IMG/VR virus record: IMGVR_UViG_3300040971_000038
Span: 1-29,149 of that record
From: a virus
Lineage: Duplodnaviria > Caudoviricetes
Length of the DNA: 29,149 nucleotides
Reading direction: 5' to 3' (one strand)
Of the stretch, positions 1-9,247 are shown one piece after another (the first letter of the stretch is position 1; every line of letters starts with the position of its first letter). The notes below the pieces were generated by a model, which was not told the DNA's origin, did not search any database, and saw nothing but the letters and a program-made list of their open reading frames with translations. The translations under genes were made by a program, and so were the position numbers.

Positions 1-613
1 GGCATATCATATTAAAGTTAGACCCCGTGTTGCTCATTCCTACCCACACCCCCTGCGGAACAAGAAAGCGTCCCTGGGTAGCGCCTGCTGTTCCGTTGTC
101 CCCCGTATTAGTAGAAAAAAATAAAGTATTGGTGGCTCCGGTAGAACTATAATTGGATGTTCTGGAAGAAGAACATCCACCGATTACTAGGGGGTATGGA
201 TATTGTTCGAAAGTCCCTATAGGCAACCCCAGTCCCATATAAGCCATTTGAAATACGGTTCCAACTTTGACCAAAATTATAGCACGTCGCCCATTAACCG
301 CGAACCAGTAGGGTATTGCTCGGTTCCATAAAAACATGTAGTGGCCCCTATTGCCGCCTGGGTGCGATATCCCCCCCCGTCCTTCCTTATACGACACGGA
401 ACCGGCAAGTTCCCAGTTCCAGTGCCCAGTTCCAGAGTTTTCAAAAGTGTCTATTCCCCAATAAATCTCGTCAAGGCCCTCAAGCCCCGGCCCTTTACAA
501 TAAAATTGCGTAGTGCTAAAATGGAGTATTGTATACCCGTTCGCGCTTAAATAGTTTCGCAACAACTCCAATAAATGAAGATAGTTGTTTGCCGTTCCGC
601 TGGTCCAAGCCAT
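1..613 (-). CDS. Virion structural (tail-associated) protein, 3' partial; not in the ORF track
   Basis: Translated by hand from ATG at 613 with RBS AAGGAGG: MAWTSGTANNYLHLLELLRNYLSANGYTIL...GLEGLDEIYWGIDTFEN...IPYWFAVNGRRAIILVKVGTVFQMAYMG...YPYPLVIGG. The frame is open to the window edge. It resembles the conserved virion proteins found downstream of tape measure genes in proteobacterial siphoviruses. Confidence 0.8.
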   Translation of the reverse strand, partial: MAWTSGTANNYLHLLELLRNYLSANGYTILHFSTTQFYCKGPGLEGLDEIYWGIDTFENSGTGHWNWELAGSVSYKEGRGGISHPGGNRGHYMFLWNRAIPYWFAVNGRRAIILVKVGTVFQMAYMGLGLPIGTFEQYPYPLVIGGCSSSRTSNYSSTGATNTLFFSTNTGDNGTAGATQGRFLVPQGVWVGMSNTGSNFNMIC

Positions 614-628
614 AAACCCCTCCTTGAA

Positions 629-1012
629 TTAAGGCCATGAAGTGTCTGGGGGACACTGCGCTGCCGGAATGATAAAAAAAGTAACAGAATAGTCGCAATA
701 CAACGGTCCCACGCCCTTCCTCTTTGGTAAAGCCCCAAACTTCGCTACGTGATTTACATAGCCAAAGGTCGGCAACCAATACGCCGTAAACCAGTTCAAT
801 CCCCTATTCAAGGAAGTTTTAAAAAAACTCTGAAAAGTAGCTAACTGGTCTTGTGGAATGCGCAACTGCGACGTAATCGTATCAGGAAATCCGCTACCCC
901 AACACAAACGCTCCGTCCTACCAGACTGGGCTTTCCTTGTTACAGTACCTGTTCCCAAACTTATAGAAAACGCCTTGCTTGGAGCGGGTAGCTGTGCGGG
1001 CCATTCTGCCAT
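629..1012 (-). CDS. Distal tail (Dit / lambda gpM-like) protein, paralogue 2
   Basis: N-terminus MAEWPAQLPAP, plus FQSFFKTSLNRGLNWF; second gene after the tape measure; start overlaps the upstream stop. Confidence 0.6.
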   Translation of the reverse strand: MAEWPAQLPAPSKAFSISLGTGTVTRKAQSGRTERLCWGSGFPDTITSQLRIPQDQLATFQSFFKTSLNRGLNWFTAYWLPTFGYVNHVAKFGALPKRKGVGPLYCDYSVTFFIIPAAQCPPDTSWP

Positions 1013-1407
1013 TATGCTCCACTCCCATATGTTATATTGCTACCACTCATAGGAACGCCTGAACTAACTTCTACCGAAATTTCTGCGTCAAATCTACCCT
1101 CAATTTTGGAATTGCCGCTTAAAGTGGGCGGTTCCTTGAATCTACAATAATGGTGCGTAAACCCAAGACCCGCTAACCACGGGGCCGTAAACGGCTGGCG
1201 TCCATAGGTAGTCCCGCTGATATAGAATCCGCGCAGAAGTCGCCATTGCTCCATAGATACCCGAAAACCAAAAGACATTCCATGATCAGGATACGTCCGA
1301 ATGCGTTCGGCATACAGGGCCTCTTCCGGACCCTGTATGCCGCTTTCCATTTCCTCGTCATAGTTCCTTGCGGGAACCTGCGGCAAGTCGGCTGGCCAGT
1401 TTATCAT
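1012..1407 (-). CDS. Distal tail (Dit / lambda gpM-like) protein, paralogue 1
   Basis: N-terminus MINWPADLPQ, plus LRGFYISGTTYGRQPF and CRFKEPP; immediately downstream of the tape measure with ATGA overlap. Confidence 0.65.
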   Translation of the reverse strand: MINWPADLPQVPARNYDEEMESGIQGPEEALYAERIRTYPDHGMSFGFRVSMEQWRLLRGFYISGTTYGRQPFTAPWLAGLGFTHHYCRFKEPPTLSGNSKIEGRFDAEISVEVSSGVPMSGSNITYGSGA

Positions 1408-4400
1408 AAGTATGCTCTCTTTTTGCTTACTCCGGACCTTCCGTGGTCTACCCGCTGTTGCATTCTACTCTCTACCATCTCCACAATAACGTCTACGGAC
1501 ATGCCGTCTGGCGATTGTTTGGCCTGTACGGACGTTCCGGGCGCTTCGTGGATATTTACGGTCATTCCCTGCTGACGCCCACCGGAACCCTCACCTAGTG
1601 CCTTCATTTGCTCTTCCGTGAACACTCCCTCTTTCCTCTTGAGGATCGCCGGGAACTCATCAGGCATAAGGCCCTTATGAAAACGCGGGGCATTGGCGAA
1701 CATAGACATGTCCACGTTCCGGTAGAAAGAGGCGTCTGTTCCAACGATACCGCCGTCATGAAGACCAGTAACGCGGCCCCCGCCCATATTGTAGCCGCCG
1801 CCTGTTCCTGTAGACGTTCCTGCCGCCCCGCCTACATTGAATCCCCCGGAGAAAGAGCCCATAAGAGAATTGGCCATTCCCATAATAGCCATCTGAAGCT
1901 GAACACGAATCATGTCTTCCAGCATCTTGGACAAAACATCGGTAACGATATTGCCCAACGCCCTCCAGGCATCCCCGGCGGTGGCGTTACCCATAGCAAC
2001 TTCCCTCGCAAATTCCGCAAAGGAGGAAGACGCTGCCCGTACCGCGTCAGGAAGAGAGTTTTTGTAGAAGCTCACGATTTCTTGGTGGGCGTCCGTAGTC
2101 CCTTCGGAGATTCCACCAGAAGCCAAAGCAGAGAAACTCAAAGACTTCTCTGCTTCCATATCCCGAATTTGCTCAGAAAGCTGAGCGAGTATTTCCAAGT
2201 AATGGGCTTGTTCCGCGTAGTTAGCAGCGGACTGGTAGCTGTAGTTGGCTATTTCCTTTTCTTGGTTGAGCGCCTTTATCCGGTTCTCGTACATTCCAGA
2301 AACTTTGCCTTCACTAGCAAGCCTTTCCGCCCGGACCCCGTAAGCGTCCGCCATAGATTTTGCGATGTCTTTCCGGTAATCCCTTTCAAGTACCGCCAAC
2401 CGCACCATTAGTTCCATTTCTTGACGCGCTTTGATAATGGGGTCTAACAACACGTCCCCACGAACCATATCCAGCTGCGATTGAATTACGTCCCTGTTGG
2501 CCTGGTAAACTCCCTGGCCCGTAGTATCGGCCAAAGACTTTACGTGTTCCAGGCGCTTGGATACCTCTTCCCAAGAAGCGGCATACTCAGCAGCGCCAAT
2601 CCGTAAATCAAACTGTTTTGCTACGATGGCGGACAGTTCTTCGTAGAAAGAGTTGTCCGCACCTACGCGGTAGTATTCTTTGCGAATGTTTGTCAGTTCC
2701 TTTGCTTTCTCTGCCTGGAGCGAGAAAACCTCCAAGGCAGCGGCCCCGACACCGGAGGTAGCCACTTCTGCCTCTTTCAGCTGGATCGCGTAATCGTTCA
2801 TGGCGTCCCGCATCGCGTCTGCGAAGTTCTGCTGGACCAATTCCCGCTGAAGATCGCGCCACTGGACGAGTTGCGGCGGGATATTCCCCAACTCTGCGGC
2901 CACTTCTGCGAATTTAAGATCAATGTTCAACAACTCCCGGTCCAGGTCGCTCATCGTCAGCTTGGCCAGGTCTTGGGTTATGTCGTTTATCTTCTTTTGG
3001 CGCTTGTTCGCTTCGTCCAGCGCCTTCTTGGAAGTGCGATCTTCCCTATCAATAATGTCCTGCTCTTCCTTGTCCCGGTACTGCTTGGCCATCGCAAACT
3101 GCTCTTTGGCCTGTTCTGCCGCCCTGCGCGCTTCCGGGGACAATACGTCCATCCCTACGATGTTTTGGCCTTCGGAAAGGGCCTTGGCCTGTTCTTCGCT
3201 CAGGCCGTACTTTTTAAGGGCGGAAATACCAGTAACCATCTTGGCGTTGTAATCGTCGTTCAGCTTATTAATGGCCCGTTGCTTGTCGTCGATATTCGCA
3301 ATGGACTTCTTCCATTCATCGAAACCCTTTTCCCGCGCTTCGTTCAAACGCAGTTGCTGGTCCTTTTCTCTTTGGGCGATTCCCAAAGATTCCGCAGCCG
3401 CCTGTTCCAGTTCCCTGGACATTTGGGCGGGGTTAGAAAGTCGGGCAATTTCCTTTTGCCTTTCTTCCCGATCCTTCAACAACTGATTAACACGCACCTG
3501 GACTTCGTACTGATTTTCCAAATCCTCTGTTATGGATTTCGTGCCCAGGTTTTTTACGCCCATCCAGCCGCCCTGCTTATCCCACAAACGGTCATATTCA
3601 TCAACCGACATGTCGCCCGAAGCTACCAAGTCCCGCATTTTCTGTTGAGTCCCCAAAACAGAACCCACGCTTGCGTATTTCGCAAAATTCGCCGTACCGG
3701 AAACCAACTTTCCAAGTAACTCGCCCAAGGCCCGCATATTCTCTTTCATATTGGGGTCGTCAAGGGTTTTGGCGAAGTCTCGCAAGGCTTCGGTCATGGC
3801 GGTAAAAAAGCCAGCGTTTCCGATCTCAAGTTTCAGCTCAAGAATTGCGTTGTTAAAGCGGTTCAATTCCGCTCGTGCGGACTGGGAAGCGTCTTCCACG
3901 CCCCCGGCGAACTGTTCCCGCATCGCCTTTACGAAAGCAGGCATAAAGTCGCTTGTAAACAACTGGCCCGATTCTACCAGCTTGTTGAAGTCTTTTTCCG
4001 TCATACCCATCGAACGCGCCGCGATTTGGAACGCGCCAGGAATCTGGTCGCCCAACTGACGCCGAAGTTCTTCCATAGAGACAACGCCCTTGGAGATCAT
4101 CTGCTGGAGGGCATATAAAGACATTTCCGTTTTCTGGGAAGACAAACCAAGAACCGTACTGGCTTCTGCTACGGCCAGGAAGATGTTACGGGCCTGCTCC
4201 CCTTCCAATACGGTTCCCCGCGCAGCCGCCGTAAGCGTTCTGTGCGCGTCCGCAGCAGTCACGAGGTCCAGGCCCAGCCGTTTCGATTCGTCCCGAAGGA
4301 ATTGCATTTCTTGCGCGCCCAGGGAAGCGGACCCCGTAGCGGCCTTAAAGGTGTTGTTGATGGATTGCATTTCAAGGTTGGCCTTGAAGACGTTCCTTCC

Positions 4401-4649
4401 CAGATCGTACATAATATCTGAGGCACGCCGTAACAGTTCCAACTTCAAGACGTTGGACATAAAGGACATAGAACGCGACATGGAGTCAAACGAAGAGGAA
4501 GCGCCCTTGGCCGCATTTCCCGTATCCTTTGTTTGCTTTTCCGCATCTCTGGCGGCCCTGGTCATTTCCTTCAAGTTTTTGGTAGCCACAAGAACGCCGT
4601 CAGAGCGCACTTCGATACCTAAAGAAGCAAGATCGTAGCCACCAGACAT
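1404..4649 (-). CDS. Tail tape measure protein
   Basis: 1081 aa and helical. N-terminal tape-measure domain (ALQQMISKGVVSMEELRRQLGDQIPGAF) and C-terminal LHDGGIVG...APRFH...DEFPAILKRKEGVFT motif; follows the chaperone pair. Confidence 0.95.
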   Translation of the reverse strand: MSGGYDLASLGIEVRSDGVLVATKNLKEMTRAARDAEKQTKDTGNAAKGASSSFDSMSRSMSFMSNVLKLELLRRASDIMYDLGRNVFKANLEMQSINNTFKAATGSASLGAQEMQFLRDESKRLGLDLVTAADAHRTLTAAARGTVLEGEQARNIFLAVAEASTVLGLSSQKTEMSLYALQQMISKGVVSMEELRRQLGDQIPGAFQIAARSMGMTEKDFNKLVESGQLFTSDFMPAFVKAMREQFAGGVEDASQSARAELNRFNNAILELKLEIGNAGFFTAMTEALRDFAKTLDDPNMKENMRALGELLGKLVSGTANFAKYASVGSVLGTQQKMRDLVASGDMSVDEYDRLWDKQGGWMGVKNLGTKSITEDLENQYEVQVRVNQLLKDREERQKEIARLSNPAQMSRELEQAAAESLGIAQREKDQQLRLNEAREKGFDEWKKSIANIDDKQRAINKLNDDYNAKMVTGISALKKYGLSEEQAKALSEGQNIVGMDVLSPEARRAAEQAKEQFAMAKQYRDKEEQDIIDREDRTSKKALDEANKRQKKINDITQDLAKLTMSDLDRELLNIDLKFAEVAAELGNIPPQLVQWRDLQRELVQQNFADAMRDAMNDYAIQLKEAEVATSGVGAAALEVFSLQAEKAKELTNIRKEYYRVGADNSFYEELSAIVAKQFDLRIGAAEYAASWEEVSKRLEHVKSLADTTGQGVYQANRDVIQSQLDMVRGDVLLDPIIKARQEMELMVRLAVLERDYRKDIAKSMADAYGVRAERLASEGKVSGMYENRIKALNQEKEIANYSYQSAANYAEQAHYLEILAQLSEQIRDMEAEKSLSFSALASGGISEGTTDAHQEIVSFYKNSLPDAVRAASSSFAEFAREVAMGNATAGDAWRALGNIVTDVLSKMLEDMIRVQLQMAIMGMANSLMGSFSGGFNVGGAAGTSTGTGGGYNMGGGRVTGLHDGGIVGTDASFYRNVDMSMFANAPRFHKGLMPDEFPAILKRKEGVFTEEQMKALGEGSGGRQQGMTVNIHEAPGTSVQAKQSPDGMSVDVIVEMVESRMQQRVDHGRSGVSKKRAYL

Positions 4650-4664
4650 AACATCACCTTCCGT

Positions 4665-5027
4665 TTATTTTTTACCTATCTGTTCCATATACTTCGCGTC
4701 CATGTACCGCACAGCATCTACCATAAAGGGAGACAAACGAAGGCCAGTCACTTGGATATAGGCTTGAAGTTCTAAATAGGAAATGGGACTCGGAGAAAAG
4801 CCATTCCCACCAATTCCGTTCCGTAAGTTCCAAAAAAGGTCCCATACGAATTCACCCCCGTATGGGACCTCTGGCGGTTGCGGATACCCAGAAAGATCCA
4901 TCGGAAGGTTCTGGGTTTTAAGATTTTCAACGTGTTGGCGTAGTGTTGCCCCGTCTTTATCAGGATAATCCCACACCATTCTAGCATAGACGGCTTCTCC
5001 CAGGCCGACTATGATTCCTTGAAAAAA
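4665..5027 (-). CDS. Tail assembly chaperone, frameshifted C-terminal extension (lambda gpT-like)
   Basis: -1 frame relative to 5009..5437, entered at slippery T TTT TTC (5021-5027); typical WDLFWNL...GFSPSPISYLELQAY motif. Confidence 0.8.
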   Translation of the reverse strand, partial: FFQGIIVGLGEAVYARMVWDYPDKDGATLRQHVENLKTQNLPMDLSGYPQPPEVPYGGEFVWDLFWNLRNGIGGNGFSPSPISYLELQAYIQVTGLRLSPFMVDAVRYMDAKYMEQIGKK

Positions 5028-5437
5028 TTGCGTCGATCCTCCAAAAAGTCCTGGACCTGTTCCCGAAGCCAAGGATTTCCGTGGTACAGGCTGTAGATGT
5101 TCGTTTTGGTGGAAGCGTAGACTTCGCCCTTAACAAAGAAGTTGGAGATTCCCCGCGTAAGGCCCACGAGCTTTTCCAGCATCATTTCGTTCAGTTCCGT
5201 GGAGGAAATCTTCTGACCGCCCCGCTGCTGGATACGCTGAAGGCGCTTGTCCGACAGCTTGGCGTCCAGTTCCTGCGATTCGGTACTATCCGGGCCGTAC
5301 AGCGTGATAGTAGCGCCCGTCAACTTTCCGGTCTGGGGGTGCCGTACGTTTAACACGGCCACCCCAAGGATGTTGTCCTGGATATCGCCCAGGTCCAAAG
5401 ATTCCATAACCGGGTTCTGATTCATGTTCTCTTCCAT
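5009..5437 (-). CDS. Tail assembly chaperone (lambda gpG-like)
   Basis: Lies between tail tube and tape measure; HPQTG...ITLYGPDS and PWLREQVQDFLEDRRNFF motifs; RBS AAGGAG. Confidence 0.85.
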   Translation of the reverse strand: MEENMNQNPVMESLDLGDIQDNILGVAVLNVRHPQTGKLTGATITLYGPDSTESQELDAKLSDKRLQRIQQRGGQKISSTELNEMMLEKLVGLTRGISNFFVKGEVYASTKTNIYSLYHGNPWLREQVQDFLEDRRNFFKES

Positions 5438-5470
5438 TGCCGCTCTCCTTTAAGTCTTAATGTGGTTTAC

Positions 5471-6376
5471 TTACACCGCGTCACGGGTAAGCTGGATGTT
5501 TGTGCCGGAAACCGAATCCAACAGCGCCGTAAAGGGCATGTTCATAACGATTCGGCCTTCATTCTGGGCCGGAATATCGCCGCCAGAATACTTGATACGG
5601 GGCAAAAGGATCGTCAACGAATTGCCCAACGGGTCGGACAGTTCCACTTCCAACGAGGATTCCGTTTCCAGAATGAACTTGTTGAGCAGAGTTACGTTGG
5701 CGAAGGCCGCGCTTACCGTTCCGCTCACCTGACAACGTCCTGCGGTAATGTCCACCGCAGAATCGCTACCCAGCGCGAAGAAAGGATCCAACGAGTTCTG
5801 GAGTTCCAGGGTAATCGCGCTAATGGCCGCGATAGTGGTTCCACCCTCCTTCAACGCGCCGCCGAAACCGTCAAAAGGCGAGTTAGCGGCTGCGGCTGCG
5901 GGCGTACCCAGGGAAGTCCCAGCGATAGCGGTTCCCATGCCTACAAGGCCAAAAGAACCAGTGATCATTCCATTCGGAGTGATGTTCAAACTCATCGAGT
6001 CTACAAGGACGCCAGTAAACGTCTGGTACTGGATAATGTCTGTAAAACGACGTTCCATCGTGAACGACTGATACGTGGTGCCTGCTTTCAGAACGTCGGT
6101 ATTCCAAGCGCCGAAAAAGGCTGCGGCCAACAGGTCGTCAAACGCTCCATAAGAGAGTTCAAAAGCCACTTCGCCTTCCACTTTCTTCGCGCCGTGGCGA
6201 AGATCGGAAATCTGACGATCAGAGCGAAGTTCGTTGGACTGGAAACTTTCCTTGGTAAGGCCCAAGGAACAGCTTGTGTGGCGAACGGTCTTCATAGACG
6301 GCGTACCGGGCGTAACACCCATAGTAACTTCCGGCACGTACGAAAGCCCGTGAAATCCACCAGTTGCGAATCCCAT
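5471..6376 (-). CDS. Major tail tube protein
   Basis: 301 aa; YVPEVTMGVTP, SNELRSDRQISDLRHG, SFTMERRFTDI motifs; RBS GGAGG; position. Confidence 0.9.
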   Translation of the reverse strand: MGFATGGFHGLSYVPEVTMGVTPGTPSMKTVRHTSCSLGLTKESFQSNELRSDRQISDLRHGAKKVEGEVAFELSYGAFDDLLAAAFFGAWNTDVLKAGTTYQSFTMERRFTDIIQYQTFTGVLVDSMSLNITPNGMITGSFGLVGMGTAIAGTSLGTPAAAAANSPFDGFGGALKEGGTTIAAISAITLELQNSLDPFFALGSDSAVDITAGRCQVSGTVSAAFANVTLLNKFILETESSLEVELSDPLGNSLTILLPRIKYSGGDIPAQNEGRIVMNMPFTALLDSVSGTNIQLTRDAV

Positions 6377-6385
6377 AATAACCTC

Positions 6386-6811
6386 CTAATTGGTGGCGTA
6401 GCAATTCCATGCTACAGAAATAGGTGTAATGAAAAAAGAGCCGTCTTGCCAACCCGCCGAAGGCCACGCTTTCTCAAGCGTAACCGCACACTCGCCCTCC
6501 ACCAAGCGCGTCCCGCGCTTAAATGCGGCACAAAGGGAATCCACCATCTTAGTGGGCTTCCCCCATGCGTCGTCCAAGGGGTAATGTACGGAAAACTGGA
6601 AAAGGCCCTTATTCTCGTTCAAGGCGTCCACGCCTAAACCTGCGGGCCATGGCTGGGCAGGAAGAAAATCTACACGAACCCACGGCAATCCTACCGGGGG
6701 CTTGAAAATACGATTGGGCTCAGCAATACCGGGAACGGGGGTTTGCGTAAGCGCCCACGTCTTCAAAGTAGCTATTCCCAACTTCATTATGGTAAAGTAT
6801 AAATTTTCCAT
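6386..6811 (-). CDS. Tail terminator protein (DUF4128-like)
   Basis: PNRIFKPP...WVRVDFLPA...GLFQFSVHYP...FKRGT; immediately upstream of the tube gene. Confidence 0.8.
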   Translation of the reverse strand: MENLYFTIMKLGIATLKTWALTQTPVPGIAEPNRIFKPPVGLPWVRVDFLPAQPWPAGLGVDALNENKGLFQFSVHYPLDDAWGKPTKMVDSLCAAFKRGTRLVEGECAVTLEKAWPSAGWQDGSFFITPISVAWNCYATN

Positions 6812-7350
6812 TATGTATCAATAACGATGTTGCCCTTTTTAACTTCTGCGGCAATTCGTTGGGCTATTCTGTTAAATTCACGGATGGTAATGCGTACCAT
6901 CCCAGCCGGGGCCTGTTTCCTACTCCACCCATATTCAAGTCTTATAGCGTAGATGACGTTGTTCGTCAATATGTAGCTTTTCGTGTTTTCTACATTTGCT
7001 GTTTTGACTTTCATTATCATTCGACTTTTTGCTTTGGACTTTCCCGTACCATCCTGAGTGACGGGGCCTTTATCCGTATCAAGACGGCTTGAAGCATTCG
7101 CCGCAGGAGAGTTCAGACCCACCACCCAGTTCGATCTGGCCCTGCCCTTATCCACAGGAGTACGCATAATCACGCGGGAGAAAATATCAATAACGATCTT
7201 CTTGACCGCCACCCCCATCTTAACTCCCGCCTTTTTACACCAGTCATCAATGCTTACTGAAAACGCTTTCCCCGCGCTACCGCTGAAACGCTCTTGTTTT
7301 GAAAAGTGGGTAGGTCGTGAAGCTACCGCCGAAACATTTCTAAAAGCCAT
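6811..7350 (-). CDS. Neck / tail completion protein (HK97 gp10-like)
   Basis: TPVDKGRARSNW, YAIRLEYGWSRKQAPAGMVR motifs; start moved to ATG 7350 (RBS GGAGGG). Confidence 0.85.
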   Translation of the reverse strand: MAFRNVSAVASRPTHFSKQERFSGSAGKAFSVSIDDWCKKAGVKMGVAVKKIVIDIFSRVIMRTPVDKGRARSNWVVGLNSPAANASSRLDTDKGPVTQDGTGKSKAKSRMIMKVKTANVENTKSYILTNNVIYAIRLEYGWSRKQAPAGMVRITIREFNRIAQRIAAEVKKGNIVIDT

Positions 7351-7361
7351 AATCCCTCCAA

Positions 7362-7910
7362 TTACGCATGCGTAATGGACGCGGAATCTATCTGAAAGGC
7401 TTCGCCCAAAGTAACGTCTACGTTGGAAACCTGAATGTCGGCATTGGCTACTGAACAATATTCCCAAGTAACCGTTCCGTCTGTAATAGTTGCGCCCTGG
7501 CCCGTAGGACCGCCAGAAGCGGCTGAAGTTCCCGCCGTAATACACTTGTATTGATTAGCGCCGTTTGTTACGAAAGCGCCCAAAGAATAGGCGGTTGTTC
7601 CCGCCCACGCCGGGGCTGCGGCGCTTTTCAAACCTACCGTAAGGCCCGTCACCACGTCTTCGTTTACAGAACTACGCAACCGCGCTTCGCTGGCCCTGGC
7701 GGTAGCGTTTGCTGCGGGATCGGAAACCGCGCTTGCTACAAGAGTCCATACCCCTGCTGAAGAAACCGTTCCGCCCGTTCCCAGGGGAACTTCCGCGATC
7801 AAAACGGTCATTCCGGTTGACCCGACTTCCAATTTGCCGTCCGTTCCCAACGCGGTCTTTACCGCCGTCATTCGGGCGGATTTCACATTATCTGGATAAA
7901 TAATCGGCAT
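7362..7910 (-). CDS. Virion accessory protein with an inserted CBM5/12 (ChtBD3)-like module
   Basis: Rich in Thr, Ala and Gly; WAGTTAYSLGAFVTNGANQYKCITAGTS...DGTVTWEY motif. Confidence 0.6.
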   Translation of the reverse strand: MPIIYPDNVKSARMTAVKTALGTDGKLEVGSTGMTVLIAEVPLGTGGTVSSAGVWTLVASAVSDPAANATARASEARLRSSVNEDVVTGLTVGLKSAAAPAWAGTTAYSLGAFVTNGANQYKCITAGTSAASGGPTGQGATITDGTVTWEYCSVANADIQVSNVDVTLGEAFQIDSASITHA

Positions 7911-7911
7911 G

Positions 7912-8328
7912 TTAGCTCCTGGAACGTAAATGTATCATAGGCCAGTATATCGGTTCGCCGTCCGGGGCAAAGGGGTTCGCCTTTACTACGATGTAATCAT
8001 TGCTGGCTCCCGCCATGCCCGTAGGCACGCGGACGGTATCGCCAGCAGAAGGTCTGCGCCCCGCCTTCTCGAAGCTCTCTGCGCCAGCTAGGAGGTAAAA
8101 GTCATTTTCCATTACGGCGTAAAAGTCATCAACTTTCGTAAAAGCCCAATCTTTGGAAGAAAACGCACGAATTACTGCTGGAAAGCGAATTTCCTTTATG
8201 TCTCGCGTCACTTCGCCGTCATCGTCCGGTTCCGTCCCAGAACTGGCGTCATACGCTAAAATACAAGAAATTCCCTTTGCGGCAACCTTCGCTTCTGCGG
8301 CCAATCTCCAATCGTCGTATTTTCCCAT
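7912..8328 (-). CDS. Putative head-closure / head-tail joining protein
   Basis: Position after the head-tail adaptor; C-terminal PSAGD...IVVKANPFAPDGEPIYW motif. Confidence 0.6.
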   Translation of the reverse strand: MGKYDDWRLAAEAKVAAKGISCILAYDASSGTEPDDDGEVTRDIKEIRFPAVIRAFSSKDWAFTKVDDFYAVMENDFYLLAGAESFEKAGRRPSAGDTVRVPTGMAGASNDYIVVKANPFAPDGEPIYWPMIHLRSRS

Positions 8329-8345
8329 GTGCTCGCTCCCTCTGA

Positions 8346-8879
8346 CTAAGCGCGTTCAACGTCAAACACATACAGAACCTTGGACCCATCCACCGTAGGA
8401 TCAACAATAAAATCCCCCAGAAGCCGAAGGATCGACTGGAAAGGATACTTCCCTTCATTCGGGTCTTGTTTGAACCATTCGTCTTCCATATCGCCTAGTT
8501 TCTCCCGGCGCTTCGGCCCTTTGCCCGGTTCCCAATCCGGCAACAATGTTCCGGGGGAAGTCAATTCACGCAAAGCGCCTTCTGCCTGAGCTTGGCGTAC
8601 CGCTTCCGGGACTTCGGTGGAAGGCCATTCCAGGCCGTCGCGCATAACAACGCCCACGCGAGGAAACTTACACGAATGTAGAACATTCAACTTTGTCCCA
8701 CGATACCGGAATGTTTCAATATACATCATAGCCCGAATCGCAGCGGCTTCCTTTTCTTCTTCAAGAAAGTCATCCCACTTGGTGTTGCCCCTGATGGAAT
8801 GGTATTCGTTCAAATACGTCAAAGAAACATAGCTGTTTGCTCCAGCGATCCCGGAGCCATCTTCTACTACCAGAACCAT
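8346..8879 (-). CDS. Head-tail adaptor (DnaT-like phage family)
   Basis: MVLVVEDGSGIAGANSYVSL...FPR...VPEAVRQAQAEGAL signature; RBS AGGAGG. Confidence 0.85.
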   Translation of the reverse strand: MVLVVEDGSGIAGANSYVSLTYLNEYHSIRGNTKWDDFLEEEKEAAAIRAMMYIETFRYRGTKLNVLHSCKFPRVGVVMRDGLEWPSTEVPEAVRQAQAEGALRELTSPGTLLPDWEPGKGPKRREKLGDMEDEWFKQDPNEGKYPFQSILRLLGDFIVDPTVDGSKVLYVFDVERA

Positions 8880-8887
8880 ACGCCCTC

Positions 8888-9247
8888 CTAAGCTATCTGG
8901 GACAATACAAGTTCAACGGGAATAAACCAAGTCCAGTCGTCCCAAGTTGTTTGATCTTCTTCTAGGCCGTTAAACGTCACCTGAATCTCCAGTATCGCTG
9001 GAGTTGCTTTTTTAATTGATGCGGTCTGGGACCTGGGAAACTTCACAACCACCTTAGAAGCAAGCCAATCGGACCCCGGCAGCGCATCCGTAACGCTAAT
9101 GGAGGACGTACTTAACAGGCGGTTGCGTTCTGTAGAAATAATGGCCGCTTTCACCGTATCCGTAAGAGGATCAATCTCAAAAGGTGCGCCATTAATGGTA
9201 AGCTGTACCGGATAGGGTCGGCTATCGCCAACTACAAACTCCGTCAT
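8888..9247 (-). CDS. Virion accessory protein (BppU N-terminal / Ig-like fold suspected)
   Basis: 119 aa and beta-rich; VGDSRPYPVQLT...LEIQVTF; coupled to the upstream gene (ATGA overlap). Confidence 0.45.
   Translation of the reverse strand: MTEFVVGDSRPYPVQLTINGAPFEIDPLTDTVKAAIISTERNRLLSTSSISVTDALPGSDWLASKVVVKFPRSQTASIKKATPAILEIQVTFNGLEEDQTTWDDWTWFIPVELVLSQIA

Noticed and set aside
6811-7545. Long N-terminal extension of the gp10-like ORF, and similar upstream starts at 18858, 23927, 24262, 24900 and 26988
   Set aside because: Most overlap neighbouring genes or promoters; downstream ATGs have clear RBSs or tight coupling to the upstream stop
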